Shown here one piece after another: positions 29,320 to 39,048 of a stretch of 64,000 nucleotides of DNA (within the stretch, counting starts at the first letter, position 1; each line of letters begins with the position of its first letter). The position numbers were made by a program, and so were the translations under genes. The stretch is from assembly GCA_021736975.1 (NCBI GenBank), contig JAIPET010000004.1, positions 2,008 to 66,007 of the forward strand, in the 5' to 3' direction. The stretch comes from Candidatus Woesearchaeota archaeon (GTDB lineage Archaea; Nanobdellota; Nanobdellia; Woesearchaeales; 21-14-0-10-32-9). A model generated the notes under the pieces. It searched no databases and had not been told where the DNA came from. It saw nothing but the letters and a program-made list of their open reading frames with translations.

Positions 29320-31125
29320 ATGGCAGATACAAACTTACAAGATTATGATGAAAAAACGCAAAATCAAACACAAGAAAGTACAATAAAAGAACCCATAAAA
29401 GAACCCGTTAAACAAAACGAACCTAATAAAAAAGAAATTCCAACCAATTCAAGTGATTCAAAAGCACACGAAATGGCAAAAAGCCAAAGAGAAATTTCCA
29501 TTGCCGAATTCTTTGAAAAAAACAGACACCTACTAGGTTTTGACAATAAAAGAAAAGCACTACTAACAACAATAAAAGAAGCAGTAGACAACTCCCTTGA
29601 CGCATGCGAAGAAGCAGACATACTACCAGAAATAATAGTAGAAATACACGAAGTAGGAAATGACAAATACAGAGTAATAATAGAAGATAATGGACCAGGA
29701 ATAATAAAAGCGCAAATACCAAAAATATTTGCAAAACTACTATACGGATCAAAATTTCATAAACTAAAAATGCAAAGAGGACAACAAGGAATAGGAATTT
29801 CTGCAGCAGTAATGTACGCACAACTAACAACAGGAAAACCAGCAAAAATAATATCAAAAATCCACAAAGACGAACCAGCACACTACTACGAACTAAAAAT
29901 AGATACAGCAACAAACAAACCCGACATAGTAAAAGACGACATGAAAGAATGGTACAAAGACCACGGAACGAGAATAGAAATAGATTTAGAAGCAAGCTAC
30001 AATAAAGGAAACCAATCAGTAGACGAATACATAAGAGAAACCGCAGTAATAAACCCGCACGTAACACTAATATATCAACCGCCAAAAGGCGAACAACTAA
30101 TGCTTGTTCGAGCAACAGAGCAAAAACCAAAACAAGCGCAAGAAATCAAACCACACCCATACGGAGTAGAACTAGGAATGCTCATAAAAATGCTAAATGT
30201 AACAGAAGCAAAAACAATAAAACAATTCCTAAAAGAAGACTTCTCAAGAGTAGGAGATAAAGCAGCAGAAGAAATACTAGAAAACTCAAAACTCCTAAGC
30301 AAAACAAAAACAAAAAACATCTCAAGAGACATGGCAGAACAACTAATGGAAGGAATCAAAAAAACAAAACTAATGATGCCACCAACAGACTGCATAGTAC
30401 CCTTAGGCGAAGAAATGCTAGAAAAAGGAATAAAAAAAGAAATCAACGCAGAATTCTACACATCAGTATCAAGACCACCCGCAGTATATAGAGGAAACCC
30501 ATTTGCCATCGAAGTAGCAATAGCATACGGCGGAGACCAACCATCAGACAAAGCAATAAACGTAATGAGATTCGCAAACAGAGTACCACTACTATACCAA
30601 CAAGGAGCATGCGCAACACAAGAAAGCATAACACAAACAAACTGGAAAAGCTACGGAATAAACCAAACAGGAAGCAACATGCCAACAGGACCAATAACAG
30701 TAGTAATACACATAGCATCAGTATGGGTGCCATTCACAAGCGAAGCAAAAGAAGCAATAGCGCATTACCCAGAAATCATAAAAGAAATGAAACTAGCAAT
30801 ACAAGAAGCAGGAAGAAACCTAGCAAAATACGTAAAGAAAAAGAAAAGAGTCAAAGACGAACTCAAAAAAAGATCATACATAGAAACATACATACCACAC
30901 ATCGCAGAAGCACTAAGAGACTTAACAGAATGCTCTGCTACCGAAGAAGAAATAATAAAAGAAAACCTAACAGAACTACTAGAACAACAAAGAGGAAAAG
31001 TAGACTCACTAGACTTTGACCCAACAAAAAACGAAGAATACGATGAAGACTTCGCAAAAATAGGAAGAGAAAAAGATGAAGAAGACGAAGAAGACGATCA
31101 AGAAGAAAACGGTGAAGAAAAATGA
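29320..31125 (+). CDS. top6B: DNA topoisomerase VI subunit B
   Basis: GHKL/Bergerat ATPase motifs ([18 protein letters not shown]), transducer domain, acidic C-terminal tail. Confidence 0.9.
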   Translation: MADTNLQDYDEKTQNQTQESTIKEPIKEPVKQNEPNKKEIPTNSSDSKAHEMAKSQREISIAEFFEKNRHLLGFDNKRKALLTTIKEAVDNSLDACEEADILPEIIVEIHEVGNDKYRVIIEDNGPGIIKAQIPKIFAKLLYGSKFHKLKMQRGQQGIGISAAVMYAQLTTGKPAKIISKIHKDEPAHYYELKIDTATNKPDIVKDDMKEWYKDHGTRIEIDLEASYNKGNQSVDEYIRETAVINPHVTLIYQPPKGEQLMLVRATEQKPKQAQEIKPHPYGVELGMLIKMLNVTEAKTIKQFLKEDFSRVGDKAAEEILENSKLLSKTKTKNISRDMAEQLMEGIKKTKLMMPPTDCIVPLGEEMLEKGIKKEINAEFYTSVSRPPAVYRGNPFAIEVAIAYGGDQPSDKAINVMRFANRVPLLYQQGACATQESITQTNWKSYGINQTGSNMPTGPITVVIHIASVWVPFTSEAKEAIAHYPEIIKEMKLAIQEAGRNLAKYVKKKKRVKDELKKRSYIETYIPHIAEALRDLTECSATEEEIIKENLTELLEQQRGKVDSLDFDPTKNEEYDEDFAKIGREKDEEDEEDDQEENGEEK

Positions 31126-32204
31126 CTAAAACACTAGAAAAAATAAAACAAACCGCAAAAAAACTATTCACAAACATCAAACTAAAAGAAAAAGCAGAAA
31201 TGGAATCACCAGTAAGATCCCTAAACAACGTAATATACAACAAAAAAGACGGATATTTTGAACTAAAAGGAATGATGAAAAAAAGAACACTAACCGCAAA
31301 CACAGTAAAAACATTCGCACAAACACTAAAAATGATGTCACTATCAAAAGAACTAATAAACTCAGAAGACATCGCAACAAAAAGAGAAGCATACTACGTA
31401 AGCAAAAACTGGGGAGAAGCCAGATTCAAAGAACAACCAGAAAGCGACGCAGTAATGGACGACATCGAAGCAACATTCTCATGCAACAGAGAACAACTAG
31501 GATTCATAGCAGACGAACACGGCGGAAGCCTAGCAGGCGCACTAACAGTAATAGACAAAGACTCCACAACAAAAAAAGAAATAAAAATAGACTGCACAAA
31601 ATTTGGATCAGGAAGTTATTCAATACCAAGTGACGTAGAACATTTAAAATTTGAAACAAAAGCAAAATTTGTACTAGCAATAGAAACACAAGGTATGTTT
31701 GAACGATTAAATAAACACCAATACTGGAAAAGCGCAAACTGCATAATAATATCAATGAGCGGAGTACCAAGCAGAAGCTGTCGAAGATTCATAAGAAAAC
31801 TAACAGATGAAACAAAAATTCCTTGCTACGTATTCACAGACGGAGATCCATACGGAATGATGAATATATACAGAACACTAAAAGTAGGATCAGGAAACGC
31901 AGCACACATAAACGAATACTTTTGCGTACCACACGCACACTTCATAGGAATAACCCCACAAGACATAAAAGACTACAAACTACCAACACACCCATTAAAA
32001 GAAGTAGACATAAAAAGAGCAAAAGACGCAATCAAAAATGATCCATTCGTAAAAGACCACAAAGAATGGCAAAACGCACTAAAAGAAATGATACAAGGAA
32101 AAGTCAGAGCAGAACAACAAGCACTCGCAAAGCATGGATTAAATTTTGTAATATCAGACTACCTACCAGAAAAAATGAAGAATGAAAAAAGCTGGCTACC
32201 ATAA
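31122..32204 (+). CDS. top6A: DNA topoisomerase VI subunit A (Spo11 homologue)
   Basis: Start overlaps top6B stop. Toprim DGDPYG. Spo11-like 5Y-CAP region. Confidence 0.9.
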   Translation: MTKTLEKIKQTAKKLFTNIKLKEKAEMESPVRSLNNVIYNKKDGYFELKGMMKKRTLTANTVKTFAQTLKMMSLSKELINSEDIATKREAYYVSKNWGEARFKEQPESDAVMDDIEATFSCNREQLGFIADEHGGSLAGALTVIDKDSTTKKEIKIDCTKFGSGSYSIPSDVEHLKFETKAKFVLAIETQGMFERLNKHQYWKSANCIIISMSGVPSRSCRRFIRKLTDETKIPCYVFTDGDPYGMMNIYRTLKVGSGNAAHINEYFCVPHAHFIGITPQDIKDYKLPTHPLKEVDIKRAKDAIKNDPFVKDHKEWQNALKEMIQGKVRAEQQALAKHGLNFVISDYLPEKMKNEKSWLP

Positions 32205-32412
32205 ACTTCAAAAAACATCTGAGATTAACTTCTGAACTCTTATTAAAAAAATAAGTTTATCAAATTGGATGGCGCAATATTTTATAGATACAAATATTTG
32301 GCTAGATTTTTTATTAGAAAGAAAAGATAATTAATAAATTTATGCAAAAAAATGGAGTGTTTACTTCGCAGTAACAAAATATTTATATATTGGTTTTGGT
32401 TTCTTAAATAAA

Positions 32413-33429
32413 ATGAATTCAATAAAAAACATATTAACAATAAGCGCAATAACACTAACAACACTATTATATTCCTGCAAAAACAATGACCAACCAATAA
32501 CAATTAGACCTGAAAACACCCAAACGCCAAAAAAAGAACTACAAATACAACCAGAAATCAAAAAAGAACCAAAATATAAAATGCTTGAATTTGATCAGAT
32601 AATAAATACAGATCTAGGAGAAATAACTCTGAAAGAAATAGGCTTAATGGATGCCTATTACAATCTCAAAGAAAATGAAACTACAAGATTTGAATTAACA
32701 CTTCTTACAGATAAAACAGAAGAAACATGGAGTCAAATAGATGCAGAAGGAAATTTCACCGATAGCACAAGTAGCTACACAAAAGATTCCCTATTAGAAA
32801 AATTTGAAGGATCTGAAACAAACTCAATTATAATATATAAAAACAAAATACTAATTAATAAATCTGAAATAAACGCGTACAACTTAGAAGCGACAGTAGA
32901 AAATGGTTTAATAACAACAAAAGAACTAGAAGAAAAAAAAGCAGATGCAAAAACAAAATTTGCAGAAGTTAAAAAATCATTTAAAGACGCAGTAAACAAA
33001 GAACTCGACTTGTATCTAAATAAACTTAATAAAATAATCAATAAAACATACATATTTGATTCAGAAAATAATTTGACAACACTCGTACTTACTCTTGAAA
33101 ATAATTATAAAGCACAAATTAAAGACACAAATAACGATAATAAAATAGACTTTAATAATTCAGACGAAGTAAATATCTCAATTGATAGAGACATATACGG
33201 AAACGAAAATAATAACTCATTTTGGATGAATGATAAAGAATTTTCAATCGGTGTAAACCTAAATACCGAAAATGAAAATACTTCTTATTTTAGAGCGAAC
33301 TCGCAAACACCAATCATACAAGAAATTTATAATTCAACAAAAGAAAAAATTGCAAAAAAAATAAACAACATCTATAAAAAAACATTAGATGAACGAACAG
33401 AACAAATCAAAAGAGCAATAATGCAATAA
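32413..33429 (+). CDS. secreted lipoprotein-like hypothetical protein
   Basis: Signal peptide ending LLYSC, Asn/Glu/Lys-rich. Stop codon lies inside the conserved 5' block of Family-2 element copy A. Confidence 0.5.
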   Translation: MNSIKNILTISAITLTTLLYSCKNNDQPITIRPENTQTPKKELQIQPEIKKEPKYKMLEFDQIINTDLGEITLKEIGLMDAYYNLKENETTRFELTLLTDKTEETWSQIDAEGNFTDSTSSYTKDSLLEKFEGSETNSIIIYKNKILINKSEINAYNLEATVENGLITTKELEEKKADAKTKFAEVKKSFKDAVNKELDLYLNKLNKIINKTYIFDSENNLTTLVLTLENNYKAQIKDTNNDNKIDFNNSDEVNISIDRDIYGNENNNSFWMNDKEFSIGVNLNTENENTSYFRANSQTPIIQEIYNSTKEKIAKKINNIYKKTLDERTEQIKRAIMQ

Positions 33430-33623
33430 TGAAAATCCCTGCTCCGAATCTATCTCCGCCCTAAAGGACGGAGTATTACGACTCAGTCGCCTAGACGGGA
33501 TTTTCAAATTGCGCACTATCGACCTAAATGCACAAAAACAATAGTTTTTGGCATGCCAGAAACCACAGTTTCTGTGCAGGTCGGGGTATTAAACCCCATT
33601 CGCTAACGCGCAATAATAAAAAT
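33424..33623 (+). repeat. Family-2 GC-rich structured element, copy A (candidate ncRNA)
   Basis: 5' block CAATAATGAAAATCCCTGCTCCGAATCT and 3' block GTATTAAACCCCATTCGCTAACGCGCAATAATAAAAAT are shared with 61989-62283. Internal helices AAAATCCC/GGGATTTT, CTCCGCC/GGACGGAG, CAGAAAC-CACA-GTTTCTG. Confidence 0.5.
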
Positions 33624-33919
33624 AGAACCAATATAAAACAACACAAACAACACATTCAAAAAAACAGAAAGTTTAAACGAAAACTGATTAATTTCTTTAT
33701 CAAAATATTTTCTAAGAAAAAAACTAGCAAACCTAGGTAAAAAAACACAATAAACAAGTTGTAAAAAAAACAAAACTAAAAAAAACACTTTCACTAAAGA
33801 TAAAACAATTAGAATGAATAACACTAACAAAATATAATAAAAGAAAAGATGCATAAAGAAACACAGAACCAATGAGCTGCACACTAATATATGATAAAGC
33901 AACAGCAACCACATTCAAA

Positions 33920-34210
33920 TCATACTTTGAAGTTCTCTGGAACATAACAAAAAATTGAAAGAATAAAATCATAAACATTTTTTCTATGTTCAAATTTTAA
34001 AAGATACAAAATATCTTTTTCTTCATCATAAGAATAAATTAATCTAAAAGGCTTTACATACAAACTTCTTTCGTTATGCTTATATCTTAATGGCTTTCCG
34101 ATATAAGGATTTTGAGATATTTTTTGAACTTGTTTATTCACCTTAATTTTTAAAAATGGATCTAATCTTTTTGTACTTTTTTTGAATGCTTCCCCCGCAA
34201 TAGTTTTCAT
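33920..34210 (-). CDS. RelE/ParE-family toxin
   Basis: GKPLRYKHNERSLYVKPFRLIYSYDEEKDILYLLKFEHRKNVY. Confidence 0.6.
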   Translation of the reverse strand: MKTIAGEAFKKSTKRLDPFLKIKVNKQVQKISQNPYIGKPLRYKHNERSLYVKPFRLIYSYDEEKDILYLLKFEHRKNVYDFILSIFCYVPENFKV

Positions 34211-34211
34211 A

Positions 34212-34463
34212 TCACCAAGAGTTCATTTCTTTTAAAAAGTCTTTAGAGTCGAATTCCGAATACTTTCCGGCACGAATATCTTCCCAAATTTTATCAAGTT
34301 CTTCCATTTCTTTGAGTTCTTGTTTTGTATAACCTTCTACTTTTTTTAGTACAATCATATCTTTTTTTCGCATAACAGAAAAAGCAGTTCCAGAATTAAG
34401 ATCTTTTCTTGCTTCTTTTGGAATCACAATTTGACCTTTTGAACTAAGTTTCGTTATTAACAT
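34212..34463 (-). CDS. AbrB/MazE/SpoVT-type antitoxin
   Basis: SSKGQIVIPKEARKDL swapped-hairpin motif. Immediately upstream of the toxin. Confidence 0.6.
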   Translation of the reverse strand: MLITKLSSKGQIVIPKEARKDLNSGTAFSVMRKKDMIVLKKVEGYTKQELKEMEELDKIWEDIRAGKYSEFDSKDFLKEMNSW

Positions 34464-34468
34464 AATAA

Positions 34469-34483
34469 GTAAGATATTCTTAC
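34469..34483. promoter_or_regulatory. Inverted repeat GTAAGA-TAT-TCTTAC between TATA box and antitoxin start (putative autoregulatory operator)
   Basis: 6-bp arms. TATA TTTATAAA at 34488-34495 on the antitoxin side. Confidence 0.35.
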
Positions 34484-34611
34484 ATATTTATAAATGTTTA
34501 TATTACTTTTTTGGAACATATTTATTTTCTATATTGCAATTAATTACATCACTATTTATTAGTAGTAAAATATATAAATGTTGAAATTTATACATAGAAT
34601 ATACATAAAAA

Positions 34612-34824
34612 ATGGAAAAAACAAACTCATTTAGCCTAACAAAAAAAATAGCCAAGCATGGAAACCAATCCATAATAGTAATACCTAGAATTCTTGAAAA
34701 AAAACTCAAACCAAAAACAATAGTTCAACTAAAAATAGACATCATAGAAGAAGTAGAAGAAATAGAGGAGGAAAACAGAAACAAAGTATCTGATCCTTCC
34801 AAAACAAGTTTGGAGGAGAACTAA
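34612..34824 (+). CDS. small AbrB/SpoVT-like DNA-binding protein
   Basis: KHGNQSIIVIPRILEKKL motif plus acidic tail. Ends 1 nt before the kinase-like gene. Confidence 0.45.
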   Translation: MEKTNSFSLTKKIAKHGNQSIIVIPRILEKKLKPKTIVQLKIDIIEEVEEIEEENRNKVSDPSKTSLEEN

Positions 34825-34825
34825 A

Positions 34826-36943
34826 ATGTTAAATCTAAAAAACACAACTATTGGAAATTTCCTTCTGGACAATAACCACCCTAATAAAAGAAACAGAGAA
34901 TCAAGAATAAAAAAAATATCAAGAAACATGGACGAAGTAAGAAAAAGACAAGAAACAGTAGAAAAAACACTTTCACCACAATATAGAAGCGTAGTATATA
35001 ATCCATCAGACGGACCAAGAATAAATTTTAGAATAATATGGGGCCCTAATGACGAAGAAAGAATTGTAAAAACAGATGGAACACCAATAGGACCAAGACA
35101 AACAAGACACATATCAAGAGGATGCACAACTAATAACGAAGCACTAAAACTTGGAAAAATAGATGAGCCGGAACTATTTCATATAAATCCCATGATAGAT
35201 TATTATGAAGGCACTGAAGACAATAAAATAATTTCTATGTCCATAGAAAAGTTCAGAAAAAAATACAAAACATTAGACCAACAAATAATAGATAACGGAC
35301 CTTTTGACATTAAAGACTTTGAACAAACATTCGAAAAAATACTAAGATCTGGAAAATATTATATGAATAAATTTGGAATCTTGCACAGAGATCCGAAAGC
35401 ATCAAATATTTTATTTAGAAAAAACGGTTCAATAGATATATGGTTAACAGATTGGGCAAACGCAGGAACAATAAACAACAACAAATACAAAATAATGCCA
35501 ACATCAGGAGGACATTTCATCTTAGATCCAATAAGTTCAGGAATATTTTCAGAACGCCAATCAACATATAACATACAATCAGAATTATACGCTTTCGGAA
35601 CAGAAGGAACAGACATGCTTTTAGGAGATTATGATTTCGAGTTTGATCCAGATAAAGAAATTGGAATATACATCCCTACAGGAGAGTCAATGCTAAACGA
35701 AAAAGGTAAACTAGACAAAGAAAAATTCTCAAAACAACTATGGAACTCGTTAAAAGAAATTAAAGGAGAACCAAAAAAATATAGAGAACTATTATACAGA
35801 TTAAGAACTCCTTATGAAAATGAAAGATTTGAAAGCATAAATGAAGTTGTAAATGAATTTGAAAAAATAAAATCTAAAAAAAGTTTTGTCCAAAAAGTTA
35901 AAAAACATAAAAACACAATAATCATAAGCTCTTTAATATTAACAGGAGGATCAGGCATAGGATTGCAAACATATCAACAACTAAACAAAGAAATCCTAGA
36001 AGCCAAAAAATATCCGGTCAACACAGCATGGAACGGTGCAGATCTAACAATAAACAACAGCTTGTTTGACATAAAAATAAGTTCTAGTGTATTTAATGGA
36101 GGAAAAAACTACAGCAAATATCCGGGAGATAAATTCCTCGTCGCTAAACCAGGAGAAACAATTCATGCATACATAGAAGCAAACGGAAAACCATTCTCAA
36201 AAGAAAACTATAATTCTTTATGGCTTCCTGCAAAAGCATACATAGAAGGATACGAAATTTCTAATGAATTTAACTTTTATGTTGACGATCCCGATAAAGC
36301 TTATTGTCCGGACGATATGTATGGATATCCATACGGAGATATCAATATGAAACTTCCTGAAGATATACATGAAGGAATATCAAAAATGATTATAGAAGTC
36401 TACAGTCCAAATCCAAAAATAAACAAACGCAATTCAAAAGATGCGATGAATAAAATAAATCTTCAAAGCTCAGGACGTGTATTGCTTAGGAAAAAAATAC
36501 CTATAATCGTAGGAGATCCAAAATTTAATGTTACAGTAAATAACCTTTACATAGGTTCATATACCGAATATATTTCGTTTGGTCCATTTACTAGACTCAA
36601 TGATTATGTTGATGAACTAAGTAAAGACATTAATTACATCATTAGCTTAACAGGTACTGATTTCAAAGAACTATGGACTAATGAAGGCAACATATATAAC
36701 TCGAAAAGTGGATATATAAAAATACCTGATGGACAAAAAAATCAAGAAGGCATTCTAAAAATACTATACCAAGATAAAAATAATCAAAAAATAACAGGTT
36801 TTGATTTCGTTCCCTTAATATACAAAGATACTACATATGCAAATGGATACAGATTTGGATGTTGGGACTTTAATGACATAGACACAAATTATTTCAAAAC
36901 AGTTACCAAGTTAGGTCAAGAAGCACTGGACTTAAACAAGTAA
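34826..36943 (+). CDS. large protein with eukaryotic-like protein-kinase fold (atypical)
   Basis: SD GGAGGAG upstream. Catalytic-loop-like GILHRDPKASNILF and IWLTDWANAG (DFG replaced by DWA). 705 aa with unknown C-terminal half. Confidence 0.5.
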   Translation: MLNLKNTTIGNFLLDNNHPNKRNRESRIKKISRNMDEVRKRQETVEKTLSPQYRSVVYNPSDGPRINFRIIWGPNDEERIVKTDGTPIGPRQTRHISRGCTTNNEALKLGKIDEPELFHINPMIDYYEGTEDNKIISMSIEKFRKKYKTLDQQIIDNGPFDIKDFEQTFEKILRSGKYYMNKFGILHRDPKASNILFRKNGSIDIWLTDWANAGTINNNKYKIMPTSGGHFILDPISSGIFSERQSTYNIQSELYAFGTEGTDMLLGDYDFEFDPDKEIGIYIPTGESMLNEKGKLDKEKFSKQLWNSLKEIKGEPKKYRELLYRLRTPYENERFESINEVVNEFEKIKSKKSFVQKVKKHKNTIIISSLILTGGSGIGLQTYQQLNKEILEAKKYPVNTAWNGADLTINNSLFDIKISSSVFNGGKNYSKYPGDKFLVAKPGETIHAYIEANGKPFSKENYNSLWLPAKAYIEGYEISNEFNFYVDDPDKAYCPDDMYGYPYGDINMKLPEDIHEGISKMIIEVYSPNPKINKRNSKDAMNKINLQSSGRVLLRKKIPIIVGDPKFNVTVNNLYIGSYTEYISFGPFTRLNDYVDELSKDINYIISLTGTDFKELWTNEGNIYNSKSGYIKIPDGQKNQEGILKILYQDKNNQKITGFDFVPLIYKDTTYANGYRFGCWDFNDIDTNYFKTVTKLGQEALDLNK

Positions 36944-37837
36944 ACCTGTTAAAGGACTATTCGCTTGATAAAATTCTCTTATTGAAATAAGTAAATGATA
37001 TGTTATAGGTGAAGAATTATTTCCTGATAAAATTCCATACCCAAGATCATAAATAATTTTCTTTTCTAGATCATGAATCTTACCGATTAATTTAATATCT
37101 TTTTTTGTATAGCATAAAAATATTAGTTCGAAAATTTCTGATGAACTCTTAAATAATTCACCATTCTGTTTATCAAGAGAGCCATCTTTAAGTATTTTAT
37201 TCAAATGATATATTTCTCTTTGACCATGATTAAGCAAGGTTAGAAAAGTCCATAACAATTCAGAATTTTTATTTCTTATACTTTTTTTTGATATTATTCT
37301 TTTGCAGAAATTATCATATTTCATTATTCTTTCTTCAATAAGTTCTACATCTTCAAATTGATCTTCTTTATTAATTCTTTTTTTAACAGATCCAAAAAGT
37401 AATCTTATATTAAATAAAAATTTGAGCATAATATCATCAAATTGATCTGCATTTGGTTCAGTCACAGATTCTATAATACATCTATTTTTTTCATTTCTTT
37501 GAATATCAAAACCTATCAATCTTTTATTCACAATATCAGCAAGAATCTTAAATTGGTTTTCCGAATAAAAATCAACTAATATTTTATCAAAACCTTTTCT
37601 ATAAGCATTAGTTATTAAAGTCCTTATACTACTTTCAGAAAGATGCGTTAAACCCAAATTAGTCTCTGATAATGTCTTTTTTCCATCCGCGGAAATTATT
37701 AAATCATCTCCCGCTTCTTCTATTTCAACACCAGAACCCTTATCAAGATTAAACCTATCAACCCACTTCTTAGGAAGATATATCGTATATCCTCCAAGTC
37801 CTTGCTTGATTATTTTTCTTTTCATAAGATCATTCAT
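36932..37837 (-). CDS. AbrB/SpoVT N-terminal domain regulator with helical (PhoU-like?) C-terminal region
   Basis: GGYTIYLPKKWVDRFNLDKGSGVEIEEAGDDLII swapped-hairpin-like N-terminus. 301 aa. Confidence 0.4.
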   Translation of the reverse strand: MNDLMKRKIIKQGLGGYTIYLPKKWVDRFNLDKGSGVEIEEAGDDLIISADGKKTLSETNLGLTHLSESSIRTLITNAYRKGFDKILVDFYSENQFKILADIVNKRLIGFDIQRNEKNRCIIESVTEPNADQFDDIMLKFLFNIRLLFGSVKKRINKEDQFEDVELIEERIMKYDNFCKRIISKKSIRNKNSELLWTFLTLLNHGQREIYHLNKILKDGSLDKQNGELFKSSSEIFELIFLCYTKKDIKLIGKIHDLEKKIIYDLGYGILSGNNSSPITYHLLISIREFYQANSPLTGLLV

Positions 37838-37866
37838 ATTTTGTTCTATTTAAATTCTTCGAATTA

Positions 37867-37888
37867 ATATTAATAATATTATTAATAT
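37867..37888. promoter_or_regulatory. 22-bp perfect palindrome ATATTAATAATATTATTAATAT in a divergent promoter region
   Basis: Located between the starts of 36932-37837(-) and 37952-39046(+). Confidence 0.35.
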
Positions 37889-37951
37889 GAATAAAATATT
37901 AATATGTAGTAATAACCACTATATAATAACAAAAATACCAAGAGACATAAA

Positions 37952-39046
37952 ATGATTTGGCTACAAACAATCAAAGACACACTATCCTTAATAACACAAC
38001 AACCCGACACGACAGCACTAGAAGCAAAAAGAATACAAGCAGAACAAGATTTTTTACTAAACAAACAAACAAAACAAGAACAAATAGAAACAAAAATACA
38101 AAACTACAACAACATAATACAAGAACCCCAAAAAAATGGATTGAAATTAAACAGGTTTAATGTAACATCTGGAAACTATCACCTTACAATAGATCAAAAT
38201 CCAAATTTAGAAAATAAAATACAAAATGATGTAATAATTTTTGGAAAAAACAAAGTTTACAAAGATTTATTTGTAAACATAATAACAAACGGAGATATAG
38301 AAGAAGAAATAACAGGATACTTACACACAGGAATAAACACAAAAATAGGAAATACAAAAATAAAAATACATGGAGGACATGGACTTAGCAACAAACTCCC
38401 AAAAACATTCATAGGAGGAGAAATAAGCGAAGAAAATAATTACCATCTTGAATCAGTATTCTTTAGTCCAGAGCCAATCCTATCAAATGGACAAAAAGCA
38501 TTTTTCATAATGACTGCAAAACAAATAGGACAAAAAGATTACATAAGCATAGGAAACAATGATGGAACCTGGAAATCAATCTACGGACACATAAATGATA
38601 AAATAGGAACCTACCTAAGCACTGAATTTGAGCCGAATAAAAAAGAATTTTCATTTTCAACAACAACAGCATGGAGTAAACCTGCAAAAAATGCATATTC
38701 TTGGAAAGGAATGAATTTTGTAAGTCAAATACTAATGATACAACCATTTTCATTCCCTTATCTTTCAAGCCACACAAATAAAGGAGACGACATAACACGC
38801 ATAGAAGGAAAAATATCAGAAAATAATAAAGAATTTACAGTGATGCAAGGTAAAAATCTAGGACTTATGAAAATAGGAATAGGACTCACATATCAGAAAA
38901 AAAATGGAGAAGAAAAATACGGAGTAGTCGGAAACATCTACAAAGAATTCGATATAACAAAAGAAATGACAGGAACCATAGACCTAAGATACAACTCAGC
39001 AAAAAAAACACTTAATCTATGGTTAAACACAAATATTGAGATGTAA
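37952..39046 (+). CDS. hypothetical beta-rich protein
   Basis: 364 aa. No signal peptide recognised. Confidence 0.45.
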   Translation: MIWLQTIKDTLSLITQQPDTTALEAKRIQAEQDFLLNKQTKQEQIETKIQNYNNIIQEPQKNGLKLNRFNVTSGNYHLTIDQNPNLENKIQNDVIIFGKNKVYKDLFVNIITNGDIEEEITGYLHTGINTKIGNTKIKIHGGHGLSNKLPKTFIGGEISEENNYHLESVFFSPEPILSNGQKAFFIMTAKQIGQKDYISIGNNDGTWKSIYGHINDKIGTYLSTEFEPNKKEFSFSTTTAWSKPAKNAYSWKGMNFVSQILMIQPFSFPYLSSHTNKGDDITRIEGKISENNKEFTVMQGKNLGLMKIGIGLTYQKKNGEEKYGVVGNIYKEFDITKEMTGTIDLRYNSAKKTLNLWLNTNIEM

Positions 39047-39048
39047 AA

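Noticed and set aside
33570-33623. Considered a tRNA (GGGG-TATTAAA-CCCC T-arm-like hairpin followed by ATTCGCT-A) at the 3' block of Family-2
   Set aside because: The loop lacks the TTCRANT T-loop signature. No complementary 5' acceptor strand (AGCGAAT) or D/anticodon arms are present upstream.
33603-33993. Minus-strand ORFs 33603-33914 and 33733-33993 as real small membrane proteins
   Set aside because: They overlap each other in different frames and are antisense to an A-rich coding-like plus strand. Their composition is a poly-F/L/V artefact, so they are treated as a pseudogene region.
36250-36290. YVDD motif (NFYVDDPDKAY) in the kinase-like protein considered as a reverse-transcriptase motif C, with a possible DGR targeting the surface proteins
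   Set aside because: No other RT motifs were found. No RT-sized ORF exists anywhere in the window, and no TR/VR near-identical repeat pair differing at adenines was found in or near the surface-protein genes.
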